Below are positions 39,001-51,570 of a DNA stretch of 64,000 bases, piece after piece. Origin of the DNA: Methanobacteriota archaeon (lineage in GTDB: Archaea > Thermoplasmatota > Poseidoniia > Poseidoniales > Poseidoniaceae); assembly GCA_002726395.1 (NCBI GenBank), contig PBTA01000030.1, positions 29,877 to 93,876 of the forward strand, given 5' to 3'. A program made the translations under genes and the position numbers. The notes beneath the pieces are model-generated. The model was not told the DNA's origin and did not search any database. It saw only the letters and a list, made by a program, of their open reading frames with translations. How positions within the stretch are numbered: the first letter of the stretch is position 1; each line of letters begins with the position of its first letter.

Positions 39001-40212
39001 CCTGGAACCCACGAAGTCTCACTATTTGTGACGGATGAAAACGGTGCGGATAGCACAGTTAAGAAAATCATTGTTAGGGTTCAAAACCCACTGCCAATAA
39101 TTTCCGTTCAAATATTGGATGGATGGGTCGATGGGCAACAAATGGACAAAAATACCCCTCGTCCAGAAGGTTTCTTACCTGATTCTTGGACTCATACCTT
39201 TGATGAAGCAGAAAATACCTATACAGCCCCTAATTTGATGCTATATTTTGACTCAGAGGGTACAAGAGATGGGGATCGGAGGTATGAGGGCAAATACTCT
39301 CCTGTAAACGATGAAAATAATGATCAATGGAATGGTATTGTAGAATATACTTGGGATTTCGGTGATGCAACACCACTATCAAAACAAGCTTCGCCATGGC
39401 ATTATTATGATACGCCGGGGGCCTACACTGTTACGCTAACTGTCAGGGATTCATACGGGACTGGAGACGTAAGTAAGCAAGTCTTTACTATAGTCGTTGA
39501 TGAGCCGCCGGAAATCAAAAAGATCGAAATTCCGGATGATATAATCATTGAGGAAAAAGCCTATTTAAGCGCAAATATTACTGATTTTGAAGTCGCTAAC
39601 AATATCCTATTATATCGTGACTTGAATATCGAAGATGGGTCATTATTCGACCGAGATGAATCGCTAAATCCCGATCTTGTAGTAAGATGGGATATTGACA
39701 TTTACAAAGACTCAAACAAAAATGGGATATTGGAAGATGATTATATTACTCCTCAACCTAACGCAGTCAATTATCGAATTGAGAGTTTGTGGAATGAATC
39801 GGGCAGTTACACTATTATTGTGGAAGCATGTGATAGTTTAGGGATATGTACCTCTATGGAAGAAACCTTGCAAGTTTCACCTAAACCAGATCCTGAACCA
39901 TCATTATCAGATTTTGAACTAGAAGATTGGACTTCATGGGTTAAAGATGCAGGCTCTGATCTTGCAACCTACTTTGCATTAATTGCCGTTGCCTTGATTC
40001 TAGGCTGGTTAGTATTGAGGGAATCATCAGAGTTAGAAGATGAGGCTAAACAAGCTGCAGAAACATACACCGACGTGGAGCACGTTGAAGTTCAAGGTGG
40101 CTTGCTTGGTATGGACCAACATACTCCTCCACCGGCCCCGGGGATATTATCTAAAGAAGAGCGTAGAAGTGAAGATAGTGGTTACGTAAGGCCATTAAGA
40201 AGAAGAATTTGA
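36001..40212 (+). CDS. Large surface-anchored zinc metallopeptidase with multiple PKD domains
   Basis: Signal peptide; AHELQHL...WIDEG.A (M30-like gluzincin); repeated WDFGD/WEWGDG/W.FG PKD motifs; C-terminal TM plus tail. Confidence 0.85.
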   Translation: MSEKRSTKSLFLIGLMVISFLTPVLSSASADEQLDGQDDEYDAQGIIIGDLTEFDPADGREYLLIEEDTAVVSAYGFMKQAWIDSGRPGVDDMKYEPVTHGRASGRVCTPHLTGDALTVPISGGSIDAYVAKTTNTVAFIVQTGRTLSSTVLNNLASSWDSTIYPTMTTYYGKDYGDGRGLAAPDIDNNCQVQIIVYDIDGAFNTGGYFAPSFASVRESVFIDFADITLNWGKSIIAHELQHLLHNAQDPYENLWIDEGNADVAIYLCFGPDSTLVSHLNQWTEAPELSIRWWNQRFADYGAGFIFTMYLADHLGGGPAVRQLVQDSATGGVSVQNLALSPPSGSSGAIGRTMGEIFANFSVAAFLDSEQGIYGFSNLDLTPVCSSNSFCRAQPTEVNSDWSTPWSSTGNSVEGWGLRGFKFTPGSSSPAPLTIRLTADVSQFDGVIVSKSMVDGLLSVTDLTFQNNVATALVPGFGNLTDEVWAITWYASTVADCDYTSCGSSYPQGTVDVEAARITSPASLTINNSVLSDRDGDSNDDTVQVNFDVFSNAFFEDLDVDISILDSSGNIIDEKTSRISAGGGVNSNSNIWFTAPNDGQYTVKFDMYDMIGTLVDSVSTQAWALSNMRPTANASVSTNVSQTWENIQFVGDGFDAWGLSLDNNTLPYLDQPVAYAWDFGDSVTSNLKSPTRSYQNAGLYNATLRIMDQGNTWSETDVVQINVTDDSVPIPVITVNNVVITDNISILTEQTIQFSASRTVDNVPLSNLDFQWEWGDGTLDSDTGKYLVQHKWDAINQEVEEYNLTLSVFDGFNTGTVSISVFVNNRVPYQIFSDNLTTYTYTSVPMPDVFADDDGTIVSYDWVFPEGVNLNGGITDQGDDFLQTTSSDTYPNPSWDSPGIKIVTLTVTDDDGSQSTTQLFVNVLNQIPVADFIVRITENGETSAIDFRAEDGFVDVPYTFDGISSYDIDSTTGDSAGLIYNWSFGSDEFSENAITTYTFTEPGTHEVSLFVTDENGADSTVKKIIVRVQNPLPIISVQILDGWVDGQQMDKNTPRPEGFLPDSWTHTFDEAENTYTAPNLMLYFDSEGTRDGDRRYEGKYSPVNDENNDQWNGIVEYTWDFGDATPLSKQASPWHYYDTPGAYTVTLTVRDSYGTGDVSKQVFTIVVDEPPEIKKIEIPDDIIIEEKAYLSANITDFEVANNILLYRDLNIEDGSLFDRDESLNPDLVVRWDIDIYKDSNKNGILEDDYITPQPNAVNYRIESLWNESGSYTIIVEACDSLGICTSMEETLQVSPKPDPEPSLSDFELEDWTSWVKDAGSDLATYFALIAVALILGWLVLRESSELEDEAKQAAETYTDVEHVEVQGGLLGMDQHTPPPAPGILSKEERRSEDSGYVRPLRRRI

Positions 40213-40260
40213 TAGTTACAATATAGAACTGGTTAGTAGTGGCATAAATGGTGGTAAGGC

Positions 40261-41358
40261 ATGAGTAAGAAAGTAGTAATCTTCATGATAATAGTTTTCA
40301 TGGTGCCTATGTTTGCTACCGGTGCCCCTAATTATTATCTAGTTGGTAATGCGTCTGCTGCTGACGCTTGTAATGGAGATATAGAGCCAGTGTTGTGGAA
40401 TCAAACTGTCGGAAGATCTGCTTTAGTGCCGCATTATAATTATTATGACATGTATTGGGGATTTGGCGATTATGATGATGATGATGGCAAAAGGGGTAGA
40501 GATCATGAGTCACAACAATTCCCATCCGAGGCAAGGGAGCCTACTGAACTGAATCCCGAAGAAGAGTGGATGTATCGATACTGGGACGGAGGATCTCAAC
40601 TAGAGCCGCTTACTTCTAATCATCATGCTACTATGTTGGTAGGCAATGATAGTATAGGTGCATTAAGAGTTAACTTATCTGCGCAGCATCGTACAACTAT
40701 CTGTATCTCTCTACAATCTCTAAATGAAACAGACAATGACTATTCAGCCGATGTTTATTTGATGACCACTTCAGAATATGAACGTTATACTGAATTGTAT
40801 TATTCTTATCATTCTGAAAATAGTTTTTATTGGGATATAGCTGATTCATTGAGTGATGTTTCTCCAGAATGGAGGAGTATGGATTTCACCGGCTGGAGAA
40901 CTTACCGAGATGCACACCAATATGAGTCGGTTGATGAGATTAATTTCGCACTAAATCTAGATGGTCCAGAGTCCTATACTCCAATATTTGGCTCCGAGCA
41001 GTGGCAAAATTTCTACATAGTGATAGATACTTGGGATAATAATCATGATAGTGATTCTCCTGCACCAGGCGTTGTAACTGCGGCTGATGTAACAATTATA
41101 ACAACTGAGCGATCATTTATTTTGCCAAATTATACTGTTGCATTGGTCTTTTTGCTAATGATGATTGGCGTTGTAATATTCCCATTCATTTTGAATGCAA
41201 GGTATATGAAATCAGGCATGGAGCAAGCGGAAAATATGCCAAATAGTGGCCTAGTTCCTTCTTTGGAGCGGCCAGCAGAATTGCCGCCAATAACGGGTGA
41301 TGAGCAGCCAGAAGAGCAGAAATCTTATCCTAGCATAGAACTCGATAAAGAAACTTAA
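40261..41358 (+). CDS. Hypothetical exported protein with C-terminal membrane anchor
   Basis: N-terminal signal-like helix, acidic aromatic-rich domain, TM near C-terminus. Confidence 0.6.
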   Translation: MSKKVVIFMIIVFMVPMFATGAPNYYLVGNASAADACNGDIEPVLWNQTVGRSALVPHYNYYDMYWGFGDYDDDDGKRGRDHESQQFPSEAREPTELNPEEEWMYRYWDGGSQLEPLTSNHHATMLVGNDSIGALRVNLSAQHRTTICISLQSLNETDNDYSADVYLMTTSEYERYTELYYSYHSENSFYWDIADSLSDVSPEWRSMDFTGWRTYRDAHQYESVDEINFALNLDGPESYTPIFGSEQWQNFYIVIDTWDNNHDSDSPAPGVVTAADVTIITTERSFILPNYTVALVFLLMMIGVVIFPFILNARYMKSGMEQAENMPNSGLVPSLERPAELPPITGDEQPEEQKSYPSIELDKET

Positions 41359-42156
41359 TCAGTATTCCATCAGTGCCCATGCATCTCTAAGGTCTCTGAC
41401 ATTTATCAGTCCCTTGTCAGATAGTCTGAAACTATTCTGCATTGTTGCGTAAACCATTTCTTGGCCAAGTACTGGTGCGTGGAGGCGAACCCAATCGCCA
41501 CCATTTCCTAGTCCCATTAAGCAGTGAGATGACTCCTCTCCAACCAGTGAATTTGCCGCTTCAAGGATTTGCAATGCATCTCTATGGTTGCTTACAAAGG
41601 AGCAGAATTTCACGATATCTCCGTTATCCTTATTGTCCTTTACCAAATTTACAATCTCTTTGGCATTAGGTGTCGCTTTTGTTTCGTGTATCGAGGCAAT
41701 TACCTTTGAGTTTGATTTCTCAGCAGACTTCATTAGTTTATTCCTGTCTTTGGTGTCAATCGATAATTCAATGTCGACAAATGTTACATCTGAATGGATT
41801 GCTTTTTCTAGAATGTCCAGTCTTTGTGATTCGTTTCCTGCAAAGAAACCACCTTCTCGAACAGATCTAACGGTAAATACTACCGGTACCGGGATTCCAT
41901 CCTTTAACTTTGAAATAGCAGCATCGATATCGATTTCTGAGAAATCTTTGACGCCCCATTCTTCGATGGGTGGTATCTTGGATATTTCTTCTCCGTCGTC
42001 ATTAACGGAAATTATTGGTTCCGGCTTATTCAGATATAATTTGTCAAACCTTACCTCGACATAATCTGCACCTGCAATATTTGCTCTTGTTGCTTCATCA
42101 ATCATCTCTTCTACAGAGATTGCTTCAAGCGACACACATACTTTCGGTTCAGCCAT
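41359..42156 (-). CDS. aroD: Type I 3-dehydroquinate dehydratase
   Basis: ADYVEVRFD, FTVRSVREGG.F, VDIEL, IASIH, GDIVKF, MGLG..G...R. Confidence 0.9.
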   Translation of the reverse strand: MAEPKVCVSLEAISVEEMIDEATRANIAGADYVEVRFDKLYLNKPEPIISVNDDGEEISKIPPIEEWGVKDFSEIDIDAAISKLKDGIPVPVVFTVRSVREGGFFAGNESQRLDILEKAIHSDVTFVDIELSIDTKDRNKLMKSAEKSNSKVIASIHETKATPNAKEIVNLVKDNKDNGDIVKFCSFVSNHRDALQILEAANSLVGEESSHCLMGLGNGGDWVRLHAPVLGQEMVYATMQNSFRLSDKGLINVRDLRDAWALMEY

Positions 42157-42291
42157 GACTTGGCCAATTAGGAGTCGTTATTAATGCTCACGGCTGTAAA
42201 TTCTTTCCAAAACTCTCTATTTCGTCATACTGAGGTGGTTATTTTTGTCTAATAATCAGCACTAAAAACACTCCAATTGCAGTACCTTAAA

Positions 42292-42330
42292 GTACCCCCT
42301 TCTCCGATTCCAATTGGTAGGGGAGGGGAC
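42292..42330 (+). promoter_or_regulatory. GC-rich stem-loop upstream of gyrB
   Basis: CCCCTTCTC (42296-42304) can pair with GGGGAGGGG (42320-42328) using G:U pairs; CCAATTGG palindrome in the loop. Confidence 0.4.
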
Positions 42331-42429
42331 AAGTAGTATTCGTTAGACAGCGGCTCATTTTCGGGCAAAAAAAGCGAAAATCATAACCCTACAAAATACG
42401 AAATGAATTTATTCAATTCTTTACCATGA

Positions 42430-47113
<4,684 letters not shown>

Positions 47114-47148
47114 TTGATAAATCGACGACTTCAAATTGAATAACGCCT

Positions 47149-48441
47149 GTGGTTGAAATAACCGAGTGTCTAGAGGTGATACCCATGAATACGAATAAAT
47201 TAATTTATGATTGGAATGTTATCGATTATGAGATTAATCGTAACCCAGCAAATCACCCTCACGATGTATGGTTCGATGATGAAACATTGAGGGATGGATT
47301 ACAGAGCCCAAGCGCTAGAAATCCGTCTATAGAACAAAAGATTGAACTTCTTTCTTACATGGAAAGGCTGGGTATTCAAAAAGTCGATTTAGGCCTACCA
47401 GGTGCGGGCCCATTTCATCGAGAACACATTAGTGCAATGCTTGCGCATATATCTGAGAACGATTACCAAATTAGGCCCGGTGCTGCGGTTAGGACATTAA
47501 TGAATGACATTGAACCGCTGGTGCAGATGCAACAACAACACGGAATGGAAATCCAAGCTTCTGCATTTTTAGGTACTAGTCCTATTAGGCAATATACCGA
47601 AGGATGGACAATGGAAAAACTAATCTCCACAATGGAGAAAGCAGTCTCATATGCAGTAGAAAATGAAGTGCCAGTTATGTTTGTGACTGAAGACACTACA
47701 CGGTCAAATCCAGAAGATGTGAAAGCAATCTATCAAAGGGCTATGGAGCTTGGTGTAAGAAGACTTTGTGTTTGTGATACTTGCGGGCATGTAACTCCAA
47801 ATGGAGTTAAGAAATTACTGAATTTTATTGATGAGGAAGTCATCAAAGACGGTGGTTATCAAAGAAACCAAATCGAGGTTAACTGGCATGGTCACCAAGA
47901 TCGTGGTCTAGGTGTTGCTAACAATATCGCTGCAGTTGAGGCAGGTGCAGACGTGATTCATGGAACGGCTCTTGGTGTAGGGGAAAGAGCAGGAAATGCC
48001 CCAATTGATCAAACGTTGGTCAATCTCAAATTAATGGGTGTAATAGACAATGATTTGACTTTACTAGATGAATATACTAGAATGGCGAATAAGTACATTG
48101 AAGTTCCACTGCCCAGAAATTATCCAATATTTGGTACAGATGCGTTTGAAACCGGTACTGGAGTTCATGCTTCAGCAGTTATCAAAGCAATGCGAAAAGG
48201 TGATGATTGGCTTGCAGACAGGGTATATTCAGGTGTTCCAGCTGGTGATTTTGGGCTTAAACAGGTAATTCGTATCGGTCACATGGCCGGTCGCTCGAAC
48301 ATAATCTGGTGGCTTGAACAAAACGGCTACGAGGTTTCAGATGCACTGGTAGCGCACATGTTTGAGGTCGCTAAAAGCCAAAGTAGGAATATGACTGATG
48401 CAGAGATTGAATCCGAAGTGGCTCAATATTTGAATAGTTGA
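47149..48441 (+). CDS. 2-isopropylmalate synthase / homocitrate synthase family (DRE-TIM), no regulatory domain
   Basis: DETLRDGLQ, CDTCG, HGHQDRGLGVAN, GVGERAGN, G.DAF....GVH. Probable start ATG 47185. Substrate not determinable from sequence. Confidence 0.85.
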   Translation: MVEITECLEVIPMNTNKLIYDWNVIDYEINRNPANHPHDVWFDDETLRDGLQSPSARNPSIEQKIELLSYMERLGIQKVDLGLPGAGPFHREHISAMLAHISENDYQIRPGAAVRTLMNDIEPLVQMQQQHGMEIQASAFLGTSPIRQYTEGWTMEKLISTMEKAVSYAVENEVPVMFVTEDTTRSNPEDVKAIYQRAMELGVRRLCVCDTCGHVTPNGVKKLLNFIDEEVIKDGGYQRNQIEVNWHGHQDRGLGVANNIAAVEAGADVIHGTALGVGERAGNAPIDQTLVNLKLMGVIDNDLTLLDEYTRMANKYIEVPLPRNYPIFGTDAFETGTGVHASAVIKAMRKGDDWLADRVYSGVPAGDFGLKQVIRIGHMAGRSNIIWWLEQNGYEVSDALVAHMFEVAKSQSRNMTDAEIESEVAQYLNS

Positions 48442-49755
48442 TTACTCAAATTCCCGGTAAGTATCTGGATTGGTTTGGTTAGAATTCGAGTTAACCCACT
48501 CGCTATCAACACTTCCACCACTCCATTCACCATCTACTGCAACTTCGTCAACATCAACTTCGTCTCGCCATGACGGTTCTTCATCGGAACCACACACAAT
48601 GAAATAGCCATTTTTATCTATCTGCTGTTCTAATAGTGTTATATGTTTTGCAACTGGTAAAAAGTGTCCAACAGGCATTCCAGAGGCCGTAAATGGATTA
48701 GTTGCAGCGCCAACTAATAATCCATCTTCTGGGGCGACAATATCGACAGTAAGTCCCGGAGTTGCTGGATCAGATATAGTTGCTATAACTTCGCCTTCTC
48801 TCATTACAGAGCCCGAGGATACAAACATGTCAAGTAATCCTCCTTCACTAGCTCTAAGCCATCTTGAACCACTTGCAAGCATCCTAAATCTAGGTCTGTT
48901 TGGAGCTCCAGGCACCATTCTTAACGACCTGAGTATATTCATTACCCCATGTATTGCCACCTTTACGGTAGTATTATCAATCAAATTTGCTCCTCCTCCC
49001 TCATAAGTAATTGACGGTATGTCTTGTTCATTTGCTACTTTTCTAAGAGAACCCTTTGGCGGTTTGGAGTCAAGTAAGATTTCAATTCCAAAGGCCTTTG
49101 CTAGTATGTTAGAACTGGCATGAGCTAAATCAACTCTAATCTGGGGCATATTAGAGCGGCCTTTTGCTGCGCTGTGCAAATCGATAATGGCATCACTATC
49201 ATTGAGTAAGTATTTCCATACTTGCGCTGCAACTCGCTTTGTCGTGGAGCCTTTAAAATCTCCAGGAAAATTTCTATTCAAATCTCTACCATCGGGGAAG
49301 TATCTCGATTTACTTCGGTATCCAGGTAGATTGACAACTGGAACAATTCTCAAAGTTCCTGCCATTTGAGTTGGGTCTAATGATTTACCAATGTCGGTAA
49401 ATGCATTTGACAAAAGATGCGTACATGCTGAAGCACCAGTTAATTCATCTCCGTGAATACCCCCTAGTACCGTGATTGTTGGTCCCGGTCTTACTCCATG
49501 TATTACGGTAACAGGAATTGGCCATGGGTCTCCAAGATCAACTTCCAAAAGCGGGAGTGAAATGGTTCTTATCGTTCCTGGTTTGATTATTTTACGAAAC
49601 AGCCTAATATTGCCCCATTCTGCTCCACGATCCCACTCAGGACGGTCTTCTGTTTGATGTGCAGCTAAAGCTTCTTGAATTGCCATTCTACGACGTTTTG
49701 GTAACTCATGGGCAACTCTTACTTTGGTCTTTTTGACCTTTTTACCCTTGCCCAT
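48442..49755 (-). CDS. Succinylglutamate desuccinylase/aspartoacylase (M14) family protein
   Basis: GGIHGDE, RDLNRNFPG, IDLHS, TYEGG, C-terminal biotinyl-like barrel. Confidence 0.9.
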   Translation of the reverse strand: MGKGKKVKKTKVRVAHELPKRRRMAIQEALAAHQTEDRPEWDRGAEWGNIRLFRKIIKPGTIRTISLPLLEVDLGDPWPIPVTVIHGVRPGPTITVLGGIHGDELTGASACTHLLSNAFTDIGKSLDPTQMAGTLRIVPVVNLPGYRSKSRYFPDGRDLNRNFPGDFKGSTTKRVAAQVWKYLLNDSDAIIDLHSAAKGRSNMPQIRVDLAHASSNILAKAFGIEILLDSKPPKGSLRKVANEQDIPSITYEGGGANLIDNTTVKVAIHGVMNILRSLRMVPGAPNRPRFRMLASGSRWLRASEGGLLDMFVSSGSVMREGEVIATISDPATPGLTVDIVAPEDGLLVGAATNPFTASGMPVGHFLPVAKHITLLEQQIDKNGYFIVCGSDEEPSWRDEVDVDEVAVDGEWSGGSVDSEWVNSNSNQTNPDTYREFE

Positions 49756-49840
49756 GACAGACCCAATCAGTCATCGTCAATGAATTGTACTGCTGAAAAA
49801 TAGTCGCAATAAACAAAGACGTCTAACACTTGGAACATCC

Positions 49841-50308
49841 ATGCCTGACCTAGGTGTTCAACAGATGTACGCACCAAACTCTATTTGTTTTGGTTGTGGG
49901 CCAGCAAATGAAAAAGGATTGAGGATTTCCAGTCACCGCATTGAAAATGGATTGTCAATGGAATTCCAGCCAAGTGACTTTCATCAAGCATTCCCCGGCA
50001 TGATTAATGGTGGTATTATTGGGACATTGCTTGATTGTCACGGCAATTGGACTGCTGCGGTAGCACTTATGGATCACAATTCTTTGGATGAACCACCTTG
50101 TACTGTTACTGCTTCTTATTCTGTTAAACTGAGAAGGCCAACCCCAGTAGGTTGCAAACTTATCGTTACCAGTCAAATCATTGAGTTAGACGGAAACAAA
50201 GTAAAAGTCGAATTATTGCTCGAGGCTAATGGTAAAATTTGCGCCACAGGAGAAGGATTATTTGTAGCAGTCAAAGAAGGTCATCCTGCATATCATAGGT
50301 GGAATTAG
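49841..50308 (+). CDS. Hotdog-fold thioesterase (PaaI-like)
   Basis: CFGCG..N..GL, HQAFPG.INGGII.TLLD, V.LRRPTP. Confidence 0.9.
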   Translation: MPDLGVQQMYAPNSICFGCGPANEKGLRISSHRIENGLSMEFQPSDFHQAFPGMINGGIIGTLLDCHGNWTAAVALMDHNSLDEPPCTVTASYSVKLRRPTPVGCKLIVTSQIIELDGNKVKVELLLEANGKICATGEGLFVAVKEGHPAYHRWN

Positions 50309-50312
50309 ATTA

Positions 50313-50843
50313 ATGGCCAAACCTTCTAAACAACAATTAGACCAATTAGCAAAGCTAAGAGTGATAGTTGTTGAAATTATGAAGGATATGGCAATATGGC
50401 AAAATTTTGATTTGGATTTATTATACGAAATACCACTTGCAGTGCTAAATAAAAACGCAACCCAGCGTCACGGAGCAACAAAATGGGAAAGAGGAATATC
50501 TAGAGAACAATTGGGTTTAGAATTTGTCGAAGTAATCGAATTGCATCCTGAATTGTTGTCGGGTGATTGGAATGCGTATGCCGCTTTTGTACTGCACCAT
50601 GAGTTTATTCACGCTTTGGGATTCCATAACCATGATGCAAAATTTAGACATTTAGAGTATTCTTGGCCAGGGATTGAGGCAGGTATGATTGGGCCTGAGT
50701 TTACAGAATACCTACGAAGAAAGTCTGCTAAATGGTTGTGGACATGTTCGACATGCTCGAAAAGCTTCCCGAGGAAAAAGCCCAGTAAAGGGAAGTATAA
50801 GTGCAGAAATTGTTCAACTATTCTAACGGATGTTCAAACTTGA
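50313..50843 (+). CDS. SprT-like zinc metalloprotease with zinc ribbon
   Basis: VLHHEFIHALG...HD..F and CSTC...YKCRNC. Confidence 0.8.
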   Translation: MAKPSKQQLDQLAKLRVIVVEIMKDMAIWQNFDLDLLYEIPLAVLNKNATQRHGATKWERGISREQLGLEFVEVIELHPELLSGDWNAYAAFVLHHEFIHALGFHNHDAKFRHLEYSWPGIEAGMIGPEFTEYLRRKSAKWLWTCSTCSKSFPRKKPSKGKYKCRNCSTILTDVQT

Positions 50844-51479
50844 TTACTTTTTCGAGTTTTTCTTTCCTTTACCTTTTTTGGCTTTCTGTTCTGCTTTTTC
50901 AATCACTTCTTCAACGTCCATGTTTGCATCTTGAGCAACCCTTTCAATCGTAGATTTTTCTGCTTCAGAAATTTCACCATCTTTGGCTGCAGATTTGACT
51001 GCTGCCTCAACATTCATTCGTGCAGCATCTTCATCAGATATTCCTAGGGCAGCCTGGAAAGATTTCAAGTCTTGAAGTTCTTCTTCCGTGATTACTCCGT
51101 CAGACCATGCTGTTTCGTAAGCATCTAGCAAGAAGTCCTTGTATGCTTGAGGATTTAGCAACACATCTCTAATCAAACCATGATTTGGCGATGAATCAAT
51201 TGACTCCGACATGTCTAATATCGCAATAGAGCGTCTAACTTCCTTGACAGCCATATCTTTTAGCCCATGTCCAGCCCATACTGCACCGGCTGCAACAACT
51301 GCAGCTGCGAACCATCGCATAATGCTCTGGTCAACTAAATCCCCTGGCTCAATTAAGTGAAAGATACCTAATACTGCCATAGCGGCACCACACATGACCT
51401 CAACCCAATCGTTTAGATCTGGTTCATCATCAAAAACCGATAACCTTTCTTCAATTATCGAATCCATATCGTCGCTCAT
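50844..51479 (-). CDS. Membrane protein with TerB-like domain
   Basis: Two TMs, then AWSDGVITEEE...L...LGIS and AAKDGEISEAE; Lys-rich tail. Confidence 0.65.
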   Translation of the reverse strand: MSDDMDSIIEERLSVFDDEPDLNDWVEVMCGAAMAVLGIFHLIEPGDLVDQSIMRWFAAAVVAAGAVWAGHGLKDMAVKEVRRSIAILDMSESIDSSPNHGLIRDVLLNPQAYKDFLLDAYETAWSDGVITEEELQDLKSFQAALGISDEDAARMNVEAAVKSAAKDGEISEAEKSTIERVAQDANMDVEEVIEKAEQKAKKGKGKKNSKK

Positions 51480-51570
51480 GTTAGTTATGCAGTAACCGAA
51501 GGGTTTTATTGATGTCGGAATTATAATTTCATGCGTTGTCCTTTTGGACTATTGACATCACAGTCAACAC

